From Mobula hypostoma (Eukaryota), in assembly GCF_963921235.1 (NCBI RefSeq), contig NC_086126.1:17856001-17920000 (forward strand): DNA of 64,000 nt. The letters are read 5' to 3'. The notes beneath the pieces are model-generated. The model saw only the letters and a list, made by a program, of their open reading frames with translations. It had not been told where the DNA came from and did not search any database. Positions 48,001-60,848 of the stretch are shown one piece after another. A program made the position numbers and the translations under genes. Every line of letters starts with the position of its first letter. Positions within the stretch are counted from its first letter, which is position 1.

Positions 48001-49716
48001 TATGGAACCGGAGGAAATAGAAGAGGTACTTAATGAATACTTTCCTTCAATATTCACTGCAGAAAAGGATCTTGATGATTTTAGTGAAGACTTGCAGCAG
48101 ACTGAAAAGCTTGAGCATGTAGATATTAAGAAAGTGGATGTGCTGGAGCTTTTGGAAAGCATCAGGTTGGATAAGTCGCCGGGACAGGATAAGATGTACC
48201 CCAGGATACTGCGGGAGGTGAGGGAGGGGATTGCTGAGCCTCTGGCAATGATCTTTGCATCATCAATGGGGACAGGAGAGGTTCCGGAGGATTGCGGATG
48301 TTGTTCCCTCATTCAAGAAAGGGAGTAGAGATAGCCCAGGAAATTATTGACCAGTGAGTCTTACTTCAGTGGTTGGTAAGTTGATGGAGAAGATCCTGAG
48401 AGGCAGGAGTTATGAACATTTGGAGAGGTATAATATGATTAGGAATAGTCAGCATGGCTTTGTCAAAGGCAGGTCGTGCCTTACGAGCCTGATTAAATTT
48501 TTTGAGGATGTGACTAAACATATTCATGAAGGGAGAGCAGTAGATGTAGTGCATATGGATTTCAGCAAGGCATTTGATAAGGTACCCCATGCACGGCTTA
48601 TTGAGAAAGTAAGGAGGCATGGGATCCAAGGGGACAATGATTTGCGGATCCAGAACTGGCTTGCCCACAGAAGGCAAAGAGTCGTTGTAGATGGGTCATA
48701 TTCTGCATGGAGGTCAGTGAGCAGTGGTGTGCCTCAGGGATCTGTTCTGGGACCGTTATTTTTTGTGATTTTTATAAATGACCTGGATGAGGAAGTAGAG
48801 GGATGGGTTAGTAAGTTTGATGATGACACAAAGATTGGGGGTGTTGTGAATAGTGTGGAGGGCTGTCAGAGGTTACAGCGGGACATTGATAGGATGCAAG
48901 ACTGGGCTGAGAAGTGGCAGATGGAGTTCAACCCAGATAAGTGTGAAGTGGTTCACTTTGGTAGGTCAAATATGATGACAGTATATAGTATTAATGGTAA
49001 GATCCTTGGCATTGTAGAGGACCAGAGGGATCTTGGGGTCAGAGTCCATAGGACACTCAAAGCAGCTGCGCAGGTTGACTGTGGTTAAGGTGGCATACGG
49101 TGCATTGGCCTTCATCAATCGTGGAATTGAACTGAGGAGCCAAGAGGTAATATTGCAGCTATATTAGACCTTGGTCAGACCCACTTGGAGTACTGCGCTC
49201 GGTTCTGGTCACCTCACTACAGGAAGGATGTGGAAACCACAGAAAGGTGCAGAGGAGATTTACAAGGATGTTGCCTGGATTGGGGAGCATGCCTTATGAG
49301 AATAGGTTGAGTGAACTCGGCCTTTTCTCCTTGGAGCGACGGGGGATGACAGGTGATTTCATAGAGGTATATAAGATGATGAGAGGCATTGACTGTGTGG
49401 ATAGTCAGAGGCTTTTTCCCAGGACTGAAATGGCTGCCACAAGAGGGCACAGGTTTAAGGTGCTTGGAAGTAGGTACAGAGGAGATGTCAGGGTAAGTTT
49501 TTTTTACACAGAGAATGGTGAGTGCATGGAATGGGCTGCCAGCAATGGTGGTGGAAGCCGATACGACAGGGTCTTTTAAGAGACTTTTGGATAGGTACAT
49601 GGAGCTTAGAAAAATAGAGGGCTTCAGGTAACCGTAGTAATTTCAAAGGTAGCTACATGTTTGGCACAACTTTGTGGGCCGAAGGGCCTGTATCATGCTG
49701 CAGGTTTTCTATATTT
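45085..49716 (+). mobile_element. Near full-length CR1 LINE (ORF1 Cys motif plus SGNH esterase; ORF2 endonuclease plus RT), frameshifted
   Basis: CTRCQMC, VVMGDSLVR, VVVHIGT, DGLHLN; YFNAGSI, VAITETW, GDFNF, SDHN; NSQHGF, DFSKAFDKV, GVPQGSVLGP; CR1 tail near 49700; another CR1 fragment lies at 44630-45085. Confidence 0.93.
46953..47664 (+). mobile_element. Solo LTR (712 bp, Gypsy-like) with 4-bp TSD GTGT
   Basis: Starts TGTCA, ends GTAATA (decayed CA); gtgt at 46949-46952 and 47665-47668; GATAAAA near 47100, AATAAA at 47575; host CR1 resumes on both sides. Confidence 0.88.
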
Positions 49717-50729
49717 CCTCTCTCCCCAGAGGGAGACTGCAATCTGGAACACACTGCCTGAGGGGGTGGTGCAGGCTGGTATTTAAGGACCATCTGGATG
49801 AGCATTTGAATCACCAGGGCAGGGTAGGAGACAGACCAAGTGCTGAGTTAGTGGGGACAGATTCTCAATGGTCGGTATAGACACGCAGAAACGACTAACT
49901 GTAAAAGTGCAGTGGGAACCTGAAACACAGAACTTCAGGATGGACTCAGCTAAAACATTCAGTACCCAGTACGATGGATTTTTGTTGGACAAAGGTACTA
50001 ATGGCCACATACTGAACCAACCCCCTCAAAAGGTGACCAAAATGCTGCCATTCCCTGTGCACCCTGTACTTTTATATGGGAATTTGGTGAAGTATTCTGG
50101 GTGATATTAGGAGAGATGTCTGACACCTTGGTCACAGTGGGGGGGGGGTGCAAATGTCTTCTCAGAGGATAAGGGGTTCAGTGGAACAAGCTCACAGCTG
50201 AGAATGAAGGTGACAAACCCCACTGCAGTGGAGGACTGTTGTGGTCAGGCTTTCATATCCCTCTGGGCCTTGCTCACTGAAGCCCCTGTGCATGTGCCTC
50301 TAATATTGTTACACAGTTCCCTGTACGTGGCATCACAGGTAGACAGGGTTGTGTGTTCTACTTGCCTTGTCAGCCAAAGAACTGCCTCTCATTAGAGTAG
50401 GACAAAACTGTTTAAAGACAGATTTAAAGGGGATCTGAGGGGTAAATATTTCACACAGAGAATAGCTGGTATTCTAAATCAGTACCAGAAGAGGTGTTGG
50501 GGGGGGGGGCAGAAACTCCTCAGGAATCTGTGTACATCCTGCCATGATTTAACCTCCCAAAACAGAGTCACTGATTTATACAGAAATGAAACAGTCCCTT
50601 CGGTACAACTCATCCACGCCGACCAAGTTGTCGACCTGAACTCGGCCCATCTGCCTGCATTAGGCCCGAATCCCTCTCAACCTTTCCCATCCATGTGACT
50701 GTGCAAATATGTTTTAAATATTGTACCTG

Positions 50730-51035
50730 AGGCAGAGAGCCGGTGCAGTGAGGCGCTGACAGACACTCACTGTTCCGCGGGCAGGAAGAGGAGAGGCGGA
50801 TCCCACAGCGGAGCCGAAACCCCAACAAGTGGAGACCGACTCCACCATCCCGGACTTACCGCCCACCCCGGCCCGTTCCCCAGGAAACGACGTCTCTGAA
50901 GGTGGTGCTTTGTGACGTCAGCGCGCAAGGGGGAAACAATCCCATCGTGTCACGTGACAGTGACCCGCAGCCGGGGAGGCGGGGCAGAAGGAGCTGTCAA
51001 TCAGCAGAGCGGCTGAACAACTTGCGACCATTGTA
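50730..51035 (-). promoter_or_regulatory. CpG-rich Pol II promoter with candidate non-coding first exon
   Basis: CRE TGACGTCA 50913-50920, palindrome TGTCACGTGACA 50948-50959, GC box about 50973-50985, minus-strand donor GCG/GTAAGT at 50860/50859. Confidence 0.65.
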
Positions 51036-51319
51036 AACAGAATGGGGAGAGTGGGAGATTTCCAGGGACGTGACCCACTCCCCCATTCCCTGGAATTGAG
51101 TGTCTTATACATAGTAATATTCATATTGTAATTTGGCTCTTCGATCTGATAAACATGCAATGTTTGTATTTTGTATATTTTTCTGTGGATAATCTTTTAT
51201 AATTTGGGATGAAAGATGTTGGAACTGGATCACTGGAAAAAAACGTTACGGAAAAATATTGTCAAAGCCAAAATATTAATCCAAAGTAAGTTGTTATCAC
51301 ACTATACATATGTCACCAT

Positions 51320-53590
51320 ATAGTTCAAAGATCAAATTAAAATTTATTCTGACAGTACATACGTGTCACCACAGATACCCAGAGATTCTTTTTCAGCGGG
51401 CATTCTTAGCAAATCTATAGAACAGTAACCGTGAACTGTAAATATGAGGAACTATAAACTGTAAAAAAAAGTAAATGCAGAAAAATGAATAGCAATAAAT
51501 AACAAGCATGAAATAACGATATAACAGTCCTGACATGAGTGTTGATATCCCCTTTTGTTTTGGACACTGATGGTTGAGGGGTAGTAACTGTTCTTGAACC
51601 TGGTGGGGCGAGTCCTGAGGTACCTGTACCTTCTACCTGATGGCAGCAGTGAGAAAAGAGCATTGCCTGGGTGGTGAGGATCTTTGCTGATGGACACTGC
51701 TTTCCTACGGCAATGTTTCATGTAGATGTGCTCAGTGGTTGTGAGTGTTTTCCCCGTGATATACCGGGCCGAATCCACTACCTTTTGTAGGATTTCCCAC
51801 TCAAAGGCATTGGTGTTCCTATACCAGGCCGTAATGCAGCCAGTCAGCACACGTTCTGCCACACATTTATAGAAGTTTGCCAAAGTATTCGATGACCAGC
51901 TGAATCTCTGAGAGTCCCGAGGAAGCAGAGGTGCAGTCGGGACTTCTTCACGATAATATTTATATGATGGGTTCAGAACAGGTCCTCAGAGAGTGACACA
52001 CAGAAATTCAAAGTTACTGACCCTTTCCGCCTCTAATCGTCCTTTAATTACTGGCTCATGGACCTCTGGGTTTCCCCTCCTAAAGTCACAATCAGTCCCT
52101 TGGTCTCACATTGAGTGAGAGGTTGTTGATATTACACAACTCAGCGAAGTTTTCAGAGTCCCTCCTGTATGCCGATTAATCACCCCCTTTGAAACAGCCC
52201 ACAACAGTGGTGTCATCAGTAAACTTGTAAATGGTGTTGGAAGTGTACTTGGCCACACAGTCGTACTGTTGGTGTAAAGTGAGTGGGGGGGGGGGTGCGG
52301 GGAGCTAAGCACACTTCCCGGTGGGACTCCTGTGCTGTGGAGGAGATGTTTCTTGTCAATCCGAACTGACTGGGTTTTGCAACTGAGGAAATCCAGGATC
52401 CAATTGCACAAGGGGGTATTCAGGCCCAGGACTGGGAGTTTACTGATTAGTTTTGAGGGGATGATGGTGTTAAATGCTGAGCTGTATTCAATAAAGGGCA
52501 TCCAGATGTTTGCACCTTTGCTGTCCAGATGTTCCAGAGTTGTGTGAAGAGACAACGAGACAGCATCTGCTGTTGCTTCGGTAGGTGAATTGGAGAGGAT
52601 CCAAGTCACCATTCAGACAAGAGCTGATATGCTTCAACACCAGCCTCTCAAAACACTTCATCACTGTGGATGTAAGTGCCAGTTGGTAATAGTCATTCAG
52701 ACAGGTTACCATGCTGCTCTTGGGCACCGATATGATTGAAGCTTCCTTGAAGTAGGTGGGTACCACACACTGCCAGATCGAGAGGTTGAGGATATCCGTG
52801 AATACACCAGCCAGCTGGTCAGCACAGGTCTTCAGTACTCAGCCAGGTACTCCATCCAGACCGGATGCTTTCCTTGGATTCACTTTCTTGAAGGCAGCCT
52901 GCACGTGATCTTCAGATACTGAGACCAAATGATCATCGGGAGACACGGGGCTGGGTGATGGTTCCTCCCTCTTCTGGTTGCCAAAGGGAGCATAGAAGGC
53001 ATTGAGCTCATCTGGAAGCGAAGCTCTGCTGTCCCCTTTGTCACAAGATTTACCTTTGCAGGAGGTTCTGGCATTCAAACCCTGCCACAGCTCTTGAGCA
53101 TCCGTCTTTTATTCCAGTCTACTCTGGAATCTCCACATTGCCCGAGAGAATGCTTTTTGGAGATCATACCTGCACCTCTTGTAGCATTCCTGATCTCCAG
53201 GCTTGAATGTCTCTGATCTGGTGCTCAGCAGGTTCCGAATCTCAGTGCTTATCCAGAGTTTCTGATTTGGGAAAAACGTGAATGATTTTGTGGGGTCACA
53301 CACCTCCACAGCTGTTTTAGTAAAGTCTGTAGTGACCCCGGTGTCGTCCTTCCGGTCCTGAGATGAGTTCTTGAACATGGCTCCGCCTGCTGACTCAAGG
53401 CAATCATGTAACCGTTCCTCTGCCTCCCAACACCACCCCTCGGTTATCTGGATATCTGGAGCCTTGTTCCTTAGGCTCTGTCTGTATGCAGGTAGCAGGA
53501 GTACAGTCAAATGATCTGACTTAACAACAACAGGCATTCCTTATCGTGGTGTAGCAGTAGCCTAGTGTGTTGGGACCTCTGATGCAAAAG
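51320..53590 (-). mobile_element. Degenerate Rex1/Babar LINE
   Basis: KSDHLTVLLLPAY, LPDELNAFYA, VNPRKASGLDGVPG, CLNDY..LALTSTVMKCFERLV, KDPHHPG. Confidence 0.9.
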
Positions 53591-53714
53591 GTTACTACTT
53601 CAGATTCATTTTCTTTCAGATATCTACAGGAAAATAAATACAATGGAATTGATGAAAACTACAGACAGCAAAGACTGACAGACAACTCATGTGCAAAAGA
53701 AGACAAATAGTGGA

Positions 53715-54240
53715 ATATCCTCCTCTTCATCATTAATTACATTGTCCATAGATTCAGTAATTAGTCTAATTAACGTTCGCCTTATGGTAACATGTTCACA
53801 TGGGATCTCAGCTTCCACACACACCTCTTTGAGCTGATCCAGTTGCAAAAGCCATAGTCTCTGAGACAAGGTCTCTGCCAACTCCTCCAGATCCATTATG
53901 TGTGAAGCAGCCGCGCCCCCGAAGCTGCGCGCTCCCGCTGTCCATCAAACGCGACCCGTGTCCTCGTTGTTGCCACACTGAGCGACGTTAATTGTCCCGG
54001 GTTTCGGCACCAAATATTTGTGGCACACAAAAGGGACTTCCAGGCGTGCAGAAGTTTAAAATAATGTCTTTATTTTCCTTTCTGGAAACACCGGGGCACA
54101 GCGCATCGGCTTTCCACGCACGCTGCCGGACCGTCTCCGTCCACTCCATCACATCTCCGGGACCCCTCAGCTGCCCCAACTGCCTGGATCAGCTTTGCCC
54201 CTTGTAACCATCAACCAACCCACTGAACATTAATCAAATT
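53715..54240 (-). mobile_element. LTR retrotransposon 5' remnant (LTR end, tRNA-Phe PBS, start of gag-like ORF)
   Basis: Minus strand LTR end CCACA at 54019, AATAAA near 54070, PBS TGGTGCCGAAACCCGGGA at 53995-54012, ATG-initiated ORF MDLEELAETL at 53896. Confidence 0.75.
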
Positions 54241-54589
54241 GTGAATGAACCAAATAACAAAACCAAATCACTAAAAATAATATGAACATAATACAAGAAA
54301 ATTAGGGGGGTATCCAGTGCCCATTGCTATGCTCCACATTACTATGGGTCCCACATTGGCATGGGTGACCCTCCCAAAAGCCAAACCACAAGGGCCTTGC
54401 CTCCAGCCAGCATCACTCTCCGGGTTATTGAGGCGGGTTTCAGACATCCCACCTCTCCCGGAAGATCCGGGAGTCTCCCGCATATCGATAGTGGCTCCCT
54501 GACGCCCCGGAATTATATACAATATCCCGGAAATCGATTTTTTTTTAGAGGGAGAGCGAGCATCCTGATTGGTCTCTCTTCGTGCTAAG

Positions 54590-55274
54590 AGTGGTCTCCA
54601 ACCACCGGGCCGTGAGGAAACAATATGATTTGGCGATATGAAATGATATGAGTCAGCTGCGCCTTTCCTCATTCCCTGTCACGCACTGTTGAGCTCGAGT
54701 GCACGCGAGGTCATTACGCGCGCCTCATCCATGTCAGCGCGGGAAAAAGATCAACTCCTGGAGCTTGTAAGTGACGGCGGGCTGAAAAGTATGTTTGACA
54801 TAACATCTCTGCCGGCTCTCTGGATGAAAGGCAAGGCTAAATATCCTGAGATAGCTACGAAAGCACTGAAAACGTTGCGTCCATTTCCAACATCATATCG
54901 CTGCAAAGCGGAGTTTCCTGCAATAAATGCAACGAAAACTAAATTGCGGAATAGACTGGACATAAGGAACCCCCTTCGAGTATCGCTGTCTCCCATCACG
55001 CCTCGATGGGACCGTCTTGTTGCAGGAAAACAAGCCCAGGGCTCCCACTGATTCAGCGATATTGGTGTGTTGCAATGATTTTATATGTTTACACGGGGAG
55101 AATATGCGCTGTGTGTTTAATATCCAAACGTTACTTAAAATGTTAGGATGCTATTGACTTATCACCTATATTCCGGTCGTGATTAACACCCCCACCCCTC
55201 CCCGGTCGGCCGGTCCGCAAGAATATTGTCAATATTGAACCGGTCTGCGGTGCAAAAAATGTTGGGGACCGCTG
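54590..55274 (+). mobile_element. Internally deleted hAT-Charlie element
   Basis: TIRs agtggtctccaac and gttggggaccgctg; transposase C-terminal dimerisation region YPEIATKALK...KTKLRNRL...KQAQGSH. Confidence 0.88.
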
Positions 55275-55614
55275 CTAAGTAGACCTATCAGTTTTCTCTG
55301 TGGTCGGGCTTTACAGTCGACCTCAAAAATAATGACAGTGTTGCTCGCTGCACTGTTTGCAACAGTGACCTTTCTATTGCCCATGGTGGGTTAAAATGGA
55401 AAAGACATGTTGAGGTGAGTTTAACAGCTGTCATTACAGCATAGCTAACGTTATTTAAACTAGCTGGTTAGCTGCTAAGGAGCTACGCTATTGATGTCCT
55501 ACGTGATGAGGCCAAACTCCCTGTAGACTTGCTTAAAGTTGTAATAGAATAAACATGATAATATAATATAATATAATATAAGCACATATTTTACTTATGC
55601 ATTTGCTGCATATA

Positions 55615-56495
55615 GTCACAGTCATACTTAATTGATCCCAGGAGAAATTGGTTTTCGTTACAGCTGCACCATGAATAATAAATCGTAATAAAACAATGAA
55701 TAGTTAAAGAGTAATATGTAAATTATGCCAGGAAATAAGTCCAGGATCAGCCTATTGGCTCAGAGTGTCTGACCCTCCAAGGGAGGAGTTGTAAAGTTTG
55801 ATGGCCACAGGCAGGAATGACTTCCTATGACGCTCTGTGTTGCATCTCGGTGGAATGAGTCTCTGGCTGAATGTACTCCTGTGCCCAACCAGTACATTAT
55901 GTAGTGGATGGGAGACACTGTCCAAGATGGCATGCAACTTGGACAGCATCCTCTTTTCAGACACCATCGTCAGAGAGTCCAGTTCCATCCCCACACACAC
56001 TGGCCTTACGAATGAGTTTGTTGATTCTGTTGGTGTCTGCTACCCTCAGCCTGCTGCCCCAGCACACAACAACAAACATGATAGCACTGGCTACCACAGA
56101 CTCGTAGAACATCCCCAGCATCTTCCGGCAGATGTTAAAGGACCTCAGACTACTCAGGAAATAGAGATGGTTCTGACCCTTCTTGCAGGCAACCTCAGTG
56201 TTCTTTGATCAGTCCAGTTTATTGTCAATTCGTACCCCCATGTATCTGTAAACCTCTACCATGTCCACACTGACTCCCCTGGATGGAAACAGGGGTCACC
56301 AGTGCTTTAGCCCTCCTCAGGTCTACTACCAGCTCCTTAGTCTTTTTCACATTAAGCTGCAGATAATTCTGCTCACACCATGTGACAAAGTTTCCTACCG
56401 TAGCCCTGTACTCAGTCTCATCTCCTTTGCTGATGCATCCAACTATGGCAGAGTCATCAGAAAACTTCTGAAGATGACAAGACTCTGTGCAGCAG
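55615..56495 (-). mobile_element. Rex1-like LINE 3' fragment
   Basis: LHAILDSVSHPLH...RCNTERHRKSFLPVAIKLYN; FSDDS-type RT motif near 56455. Confidence 0.85.
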
Positions 56496-56679
56496 TATAC
56501 CCAACTTGGTTTACAGATTAGACAAAATCATGAAACAAAGTATTACATACACACTTGGAGGTCGACGGGCAGCGGGGGGTGGGGGGGGAATATGGTGTTG
56601 CAGGGGGCGGGGGTGCTACCTCCCTGAAATGGTGCTGATACCTCCCTGAAATGAGTTTTTGCAGGGTGGGGTGTCTGAG

Positions 56680-56775
56680 GTTTGCTGCAGGAAATGATCT
56701 CCGATTTTGCCAGGTTTGCTGCAGGAAATGATCATCCATTTTGCCAGGTTTGCTGCAGGAAATGATCTCCCATTT
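56680..56775 (+). repeat. 34-bp tandem triplication of the MECR acceptor/exon start
   Basis: gtttgctgcaggaaatgatc at 56680, 56714 and 56748. Confidence 0.9.
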
Positions 56776-56926
56776 GTGCAGCTTCATTCAAGCAGGGAAG
56801 CTGAAGGCGCCAGTCTGCACTGAGGTTCGATTTCAGGACTGTCAAGTGGCCCTCAAAGCTGCTACCACACCATTTATATCAAGCAAACAGATTCTAATCA
56901 TGTCATGTCATTTTGTTAATTTGTAA
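56748..56926 (+). pseudogene. MECR: Isolated last exon of mitochondrial trans-2-enoyl-CoA reductase, probably a gene fragment
   Basis: LQEMISHLCSFIQAGKLKAPVCTEVRFQDCQVALKAATTPFISSKQILIM matches the vertebrate MECR C-terminus (PFISSKQIL.M); acceptor ttttgccag; no other MECR exon recognised in the window. Confidence 0.82.
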
Positions 56927-58702
56927 ATAATATAGATAGGTTTAGAAATCAGATAGTTTCAGAAAGAACACGAAGGGTAGTTTATTTTCAGCTTTATTCC
57001 ATCCAGTCTGCAATATAAACTTTTTACCATATCTGTAAGAATGGGAAATTGACTGGATCTGTACAATGAAAGCCTTACTTTGTGTCATGTAAGTTGTGTC
57101 ACTTTCTTTCTCCCTGTTTGCTTTATCTTGTCAGCAGAGTGAGATACAAATCAAATCAAGTTTAATTATCATTCAGCCATAATAGATACGGCGAATGAGT
57201 CAGCGTCCCTCGGGGACCACGGTGCAGAGCGAACAAAATAGTGCATTCAAAAAAGCGAGTAGAGAAGCCTCTTCACGTGGGATAAGAACGTATATGTAGT
57301 CCAAAACCCTCAGTGACCTGTCCTGCAATCGATGGTACAATCTCCTGGCAGTGCGCAGACACGTGCAGTCCAGACTGTTGTTCCACCACTTGAACAGGAG
57401 AGGGCAGCACCAACGGGAGAGGCCAGCCCCCTGCTGAGCGCGGATGCCACGTTGCACCGCCTCCAGCGTTCCCTCACCTGGCCTGCAGCTGCAGGCAAGC
57501 CCGCGGCTCGAGGACTCGTCCCCGCTACAATCGAGGCTACGTGGCTTCTACAATCGCATCACCAGACAAGTGTAACAGGCCTGCGGCAACTTACACTATC
57601 ACTGTGCAAAAGAGTCTTGTGATTACGAGTGAAATAACCAAAATCGCGAGTGAAATAACCATGACAATCTACCACGGTTATACAGCACGCTGCCTTCACG
57701 TACCAACACCGATGCCTCTGAGTGGCAGGCAGCAACACAGTCTCAACTCAAGCTCTGTATAAATTTTGGGTTTATTATGTACATAAATAGAAGCAAGAGT
57801 TAGGCCATTCAGCTCTGTGGGCCTTCTCTGTAACTCAGAATTTGTTAATCTCTTTCTAATCTATTCACAAGTTTTGCATCCCTTGATTTCTTTCAAAGTT
57901 CAAAGTAAATTTTATTATCAAACTACATGCATATCACCATATACAATCCTGAGATCACTTTCCATTGGGCATACTCAGTAAATCTATAGAATAGTAACTA
58001 TAACAGGATCAATGAAAGATCAACTAGAGTGCAGAAGACAACAAACTCTGCAAATACAGATATAAATAAATAGCAATAAATAACAAGAGCATGAGATAAA
58101 GAGTCCTTAAGGTGAGGTCATTGGTTGTGGGAACATTTCAATGATGGGGCAAGTGAGTGCAGTTATCCTCTTTTATCCAAGAGCCTGATGTTGAGCTTTC
58201 ATTGTAATAATAATAATATGTAGTTTATTGATCCCTAGTAGGGAATTCTTTCATTACAGCAGCAACATTTAAAGACACATTTAGCATTGTGCAGACTTAA
58301 CTAATAATAAAGTACAGAATAATAATATGAACAATAATTTACCAATGTGCAATAATTTGCAATAATAATGTGTAATGATTATGTATTGAGTTGCTGCCAC
58401 TTGATTGGCTGCTGAGGATATTTGCATTAATGAGTAGGTGTACCTAATAAAGAGGCCACTGTGTGTATATAGTCCAACATGAGAAACATCATTCCCTTGT
58501 GCCCGTTTCAAAGCTCCACTAATAAACAACCTGTTGAACTCAGCTGCATATCTTTGCTCAGTTAGGAAGACCAGACACGTGCATGATATTCCAGATGCGA
58601 TCTCAGCAGAAAACATAAATTTTCAAACTCGCTGTTTTTAAAAAAAATACTTCTGTTAGGGTCTTGGCCTGAAACGTCAACTGCACCTTTTCCTAGAGAT
58701 GC

Positions 58703-60027
58703 AAACACAAGGAATTCTGCAGATGCTGGAAATTCAAGCAACACACATCAAAGTTGCTGGTGAACGCAGCAGGCCAGGCAGCATCTGTAGGAAGAGGTAC
58801 AGTCTGGAGGAAGTGCCAGGAGCCAAAGGAGAAATTATTAAGAGCAAGGACTAATTCTGCTAGACGGAGCAGAGTGGTGGTAGAGGGGAACTGATTAGGT
58901 CTGGAATCCAAAAAGAAGCGGAGAGCTTTGAGACCTTCCTGATGGGGGATGGAAGTATATAGGGATTGGACATCCATGGTGAAAATAAAGTGGTGGGGGC
59001 CGGGGAACTTAAAATCATCGAAAAGTATCAGAGCGTGAGAAGCGTCACAAACATAGGTAGGAAGGGATTGAACAAGGGGGGATAAAACCGTGTCGAGGTA
59101 TGCAGAAACGAGTTCGGTGGGGCAGGAGCAAGCTGAGACAATAGGTCTGCGAGGACAGGCAGGTTTGTGGATCTTGGGTAGGAGGTAGAAACGGGAAGTG
59201 CAGGGTGTGGGAAGTATAGGCAGTGGATGGGAGATCTCCTTAGCAGATAAAGTCGGTGATGGTGTGGGAGACAATGGCCTGGTGCTCCTTAGTGGGGTCA
59301 CGATTGTGGGGTAAATAAGGGGAGGTATCCGCGAGTTATCGCTGAGCCTCTGCATGGTAGAGGTCAGTACGCCAGACTACAACAGCACCCCCCTTATCGG
59401 CGTGTTTTATAGTTAGGTTAGGATTAGTGTGGAGGGAGTGGGAGCAGAGCGTTCGGAAGGAGTAAGGTTGGAATGGGAACAAGGTGCCGTGAAGTCGAGA
59501 CGGTTGATGTCCTGTCAGCAGTTAGCAATAAAGAGATCCAGAGCAGGCAGAAAACCAGTGCGGGGTGTCCATGAAGAGGAGGAGGGTTGAAGACGGGAGA
59601 GGGTGTCATCAGTGAGGGTGGAAGAGTCCTTGCTGAAGAAGTAGGCTCGGAGATGGAGACGGCAGAAGAAGAGTTCTGCATCATGGCGAACGCGGAACTC
59701 GCTGAGGTGTGGGCGAAGGGGGACAAAGATGAGGCCCTTACTGAGGATAGAGCGTTCTACCTCAGACAGTTGAAGGTCAGAGGGGTTGGTAAAGACCCGG
59801 CACGGATGAGAGCTGGGATCAGAGCGGGGAGGGGGAGGCTGGGGGTGTCAGTGGAGAGGGGAGGGTTGGGGTGAGAGGAAGATGGAGCCTCTGAGGGCCC
59901 AGGAGCTGACGGTGGGATCTGAGGGAGACGGGGTTGCAGAGTGGCGGTGGGGGAAAGGGAGACGGGAGTCACAGTAGCAGCACAAAAAGACCCGGCCTGG
60001 AGTTCAAGGCTGGAGTCGCAGTTGGTG
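58703..60027 (-). mobile_element. Second copy of the Neptune PLE, internally deleted (RT joined directly to the terminal repeat)
   Basis: Highly similar to about 35454-36687; junction to GACTG at 58804/58805; a plus-strand terminal-repeat scrap lies at about 58657-58702. Confidence 0.92.
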
Positions 60028-60284
60028 CACTTTGGACCTCAGCTCCAGCTGTAATCTACCCATGTTTCTGACCATTGGCGTTCTTGACCTGGACCACAGC
60101 TCCGCCGAATACTTAGCCTACTCCCCGGTTCCGTCTGTACACCCTGCTTATATTTGAGACGATATCTCAAACTCCAGACAAATGAGTAAGCCAGATGCTG
60201 TAAATGGGAATTTTGCAGACCCATGAGAGGCAAGCATTTCATCCATGCCTATTTCAATAAAATCTTTAAATTGAAGGGGGTCTT

Positions 60285-60760
60285 AGAGGCACAGAATAGG
60301 CCCTTTGGCCCATCTAATCCATGTCGAACCGTTTGAACTACCTACTCCATCAACCTGTACTGGGACCATAGCCCTGCATACCCCTACCACCCATGTACCT
60401 ATCCAAACTTCTCTTAAATGTTGAAATCGAGCTTGCATGCACCACCTGCACCGGCAGCTCATTCCACACACTCACAACCCTCTGAGTCAAGATGTTTCCC
60501 CTTATGTTCCCCTTAAACTTTTCACCTTTCACCCTCTGACCTCTAGTTGTAGTCCCATCCAACCTCTGTGGAAAAAGCCTGCTTACATTTATCCAATCTA
60601 CACCCCTCATAATTTTGTATACCTCTATCAAATCTCCTCTCAGTCTTCTACGTTCTAAGGAATAAAGTCCTCACCTGTTCAATCTTTCCTTATAACTCAG
60701 GTCTTTCAGTTCTGGCAACATCTTTGTAAATCTTTTTCTGTACTCTTTCAATCTTATTTG
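60285..60760 (-). mobile_element. CR1 3' fragment
   Basis: IEVYKIMRG...TQRVVSVWNELP...FKRSLDRYM. Confidence 0.88.
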
Positions 60761-60848
60761 CGAACTTTGTAGATTAAATTTCACCATATAGAAACCGGCA
60801 ATGGGTAGTATTTTATTTATTTTAAAATTTGAAGTTACAGGGGTTGAA

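Larger units (their letters stand above)
54441..56677 (+). mobile_element. Non-autonomous hAT-like element with BED-finger remnant, containing nested insertions
   Basis: TIRs cagacatcccacc and ggtggggtgtctg; ARCTVCNSDLSIAHGG...RH near 55340-55415; no clean 8-bp TSD seen. Confidence 0.7.

Noticed and set aside
53995-54012. tRNA-Phe gene
   Set aside because: Only the 3' 18 nt including CCA are present; fits a primer-binding site, no cloverleaf.
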